A program made the position numbers and the translations under genes. DNA of 64,000 bases from Trichodelitschia bisporula (taxonomy: Eukaryota): assembly GCA_010356995.1 (NCBI GenBank), contig ML996689.1, positions 700,691 to 764,690 on the forward strand, read 5' to 3'. The notes under the pieces were generated by a model that was given only the letters and a program-made list of their open reading frames with translations, was not told the origin of the DNA and made no database searches. The number at the start of each line of letters is the position of its first letter. Positions within the stretch are counted from its first letter, which is position 1. This document shows positions 62,001-64,000 of the stretch, in pieces.

Positions 62001-64000
62001 GTCGGGGAAGACATCCCGCGCGTCTGGAAGAGAAACAGCTTCTGTTGCATTTTAGCGTCCACTTCCGGGTTTCCGGTAAGCCAGCCCCACAAGTGAGCCC
62101 AGTGCCGTGGTGCGAACAACCCAGTTCCTTCAAACCACCCCCGCCCCCTTTTGCTTTTGCGATGCGCGCGGCAGTTAATCGGCGAGGCTGAATGAGTTAT
62201 CGGCCGTGGATGACATTGCTACGCGATTTTACACTAGGTTTCGCCGAACGTCAGATAGTGTCCACCTTACGCGCGGACACGCCCGCGTTGACGCGGCGGT
62301 TGCCAGGGCATCTCGCAATCACGTGCTCAAAATTAGGTGTACCCCACGTCTGTCAGGACTCCTACTTTCACCACTCCCACCAGCGCCATCTGCTATCCGC
62401 AATCCGAAACTAATGGTGCGCATTTTACTCTGCTCTGCGAATTTCCGAAGACGGTTTGTTTGGTGAATGCTTTCGGCGTTCCCAGGTGCATGTAACACAG
62501 AGGAAGCAACGCCTTCCTGCGATTACCCTTGTCGTGATGACGTTCGGCCTCCATAATTTAGAGGGAAGGGCCGATGACCATCGCAACTCAGCTCCATCTC
62601 CGAACGATCAACCCTGTGCCTCTTGTCAAACAAACAACCATCCGAGAAAAGGATTGCGGCTATTCGATGAGGTATTGTACTACCGCCTCCCATCGCACAG
62701 CCTGCGCTGGTCCTATTCTTGTTCCTAGGCGATAAGTTCCGCGCCTGCGCTCCTGCGCGTCGATAGGCGTCGTGCGTGGGAGCCCTGTCCTCTCCTGCAT
62801 GATGCAGCCTTACAGTAACTGTTAAACGCAGCGAACACTTTCTGAGCAGGCTCCCAAACGCGCAGCCGCACCGAACACTAGCTAATCGAAGCCCGATCCG
62901 ATTCTACGTATCGCACATAGCACAAGCGCCTACGGATGCAGCCACCGAAGTACGGTAAACGCGGAGGCAGCATCGGGTCAGAAATCAGGTGCTTGTATCA
63001 TGAGCTCTTCCCTCGGCTCGCAGTTGCGGTACGCTAAACCGTTGCCTGGGAGAACAAGCTGGAGTCGTTTGAGCTAAGATGAGGGCAGCAAAGCTGAACA
63101 AGGGGGTGGCCAGTAACAGCAAGCGCGGAAAGGAGCCGAGGGCCCGAGGCGCCGCCCTTGTGCAGCGCTAACAACCCGCGGCTTCTGGAAGCGCACTAGA
63201 AGAATATGGAGAATGCTGGCCCAAACTCCCCAAAAAAGCGAAATCCGCGCTCATCCTGTTTGATCGTCCCATCCTAGCCGCGTTTGGCTTTATCCGCTCG
63301 GGTTGCACCTTTCTGCCGCGTCGCAAGTACTCCGAAACGATTTAATATACAGGCTTGCGATCACAGGACCGCTTCACAGCAGAAAAGAAGTCCCGGCCGG
63401 AAGGCGACGGACTGACGCGTGTACGAGTTCTTGCAAACAGCTTCCCGGGCTCCTCACAGCGCAGCCGTGGTGACATTCGGAAACGCTCGCCTCTCTAATT
63501 TGCAGCGTTCGCCGCCAGCTGACGAGGCGCCTCGTACCACTATTGGCCTCGGACGGGCTGCATAGGATCGCCGTACTGGCCCACTCAAGTTCGGGCAGCC
63601 TTTCCGAGTGCAATTACGGGGCCCGCCTCCCAACGGGCGCCGTGCAGGGATACATACGCCTTGGCAAGCCAGGACTCGAGAGCATGTCGTCGTTGAGGCC
63701 GTTGCTCACAGCGTCTCTTCGATCGTGAAGATGGCGAAAACATCACAGTCATGGGCAGCGGCAATCGGGATGGCCGACAAACAGGCAGCGCACGCAGCCA
63801 CGATCCTATCCGTGCTTGCACACGGTACCGTACTCAATGGCCTCCAAACAAGGTGCGAGGCCACTGATGTTGATGCGCGCCTTGCTTTAATGACTCGCCA
63901 AGAGGCGTCTCTTCACGCGCGCTCCCCCAGTCAAATAGGCTTTCCGCGATGGCGATCCGCGCGGCCGTCTGGAGCAGGCGACAAACGGTCGCAATGATGC

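Noticed and set aside
59700..64000. Numerous 60-220 aa ORFs at the right end
   Set aside because: Mostly non-ATG starts, no domains and no consistent splice structure; treated as intergenic or regulatory DNA.

Overview
Gene-dense, intron-containing genomic DNA from a filamentous ascomycete (Pezizomycotina). This is inferred from short GT-AG introns with CTRAC/CTAAT branch sites and from fungal-type orthologues. About 23 protein-coding genes can be reconstructed by hand-splicing: an RsmA/Fcr3-type bZIP factor, HSP20, DBP8, an Mkk1/2-type MAPKK, an LMBR1 protein, glutaredoxin, a cytochrome/b561 iron-reductase-domain protein, EB1/Bim1, Vam7, an MFS pump, GT69, MOT1, a NoxR/p67phox-like TPR protein, NDUFS5, a RAD51 paralogue, DUF1993, Tad1, an NT-C2 protein, an Sls1-like protein, ARPC5 and several hypotheticals. 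I found no tRNA, rRNA, CRISPR array, transposon or biosynthetic cluster. The most interesting signals fall below the ORF-track threshold: (1) an apparently spliced minus-strand transcription unit in the 57-64 kb 'empty' region encoding a 33-aa Pro/basic micropeptide with two alternative donors; (2) a candidate 14-nt frameshifting microexon inside a long ARPC5 intron; (3) a divergent NoxR-like gene truncated after the TPR region; (4) a candidate non-AUG mitochondrial N-terminal extension of glutaredoxin; and (5) a C-rich to G-rich skew switch along genes in the left half of the window. All family calls come from recalled sequence motifs, not database searches.
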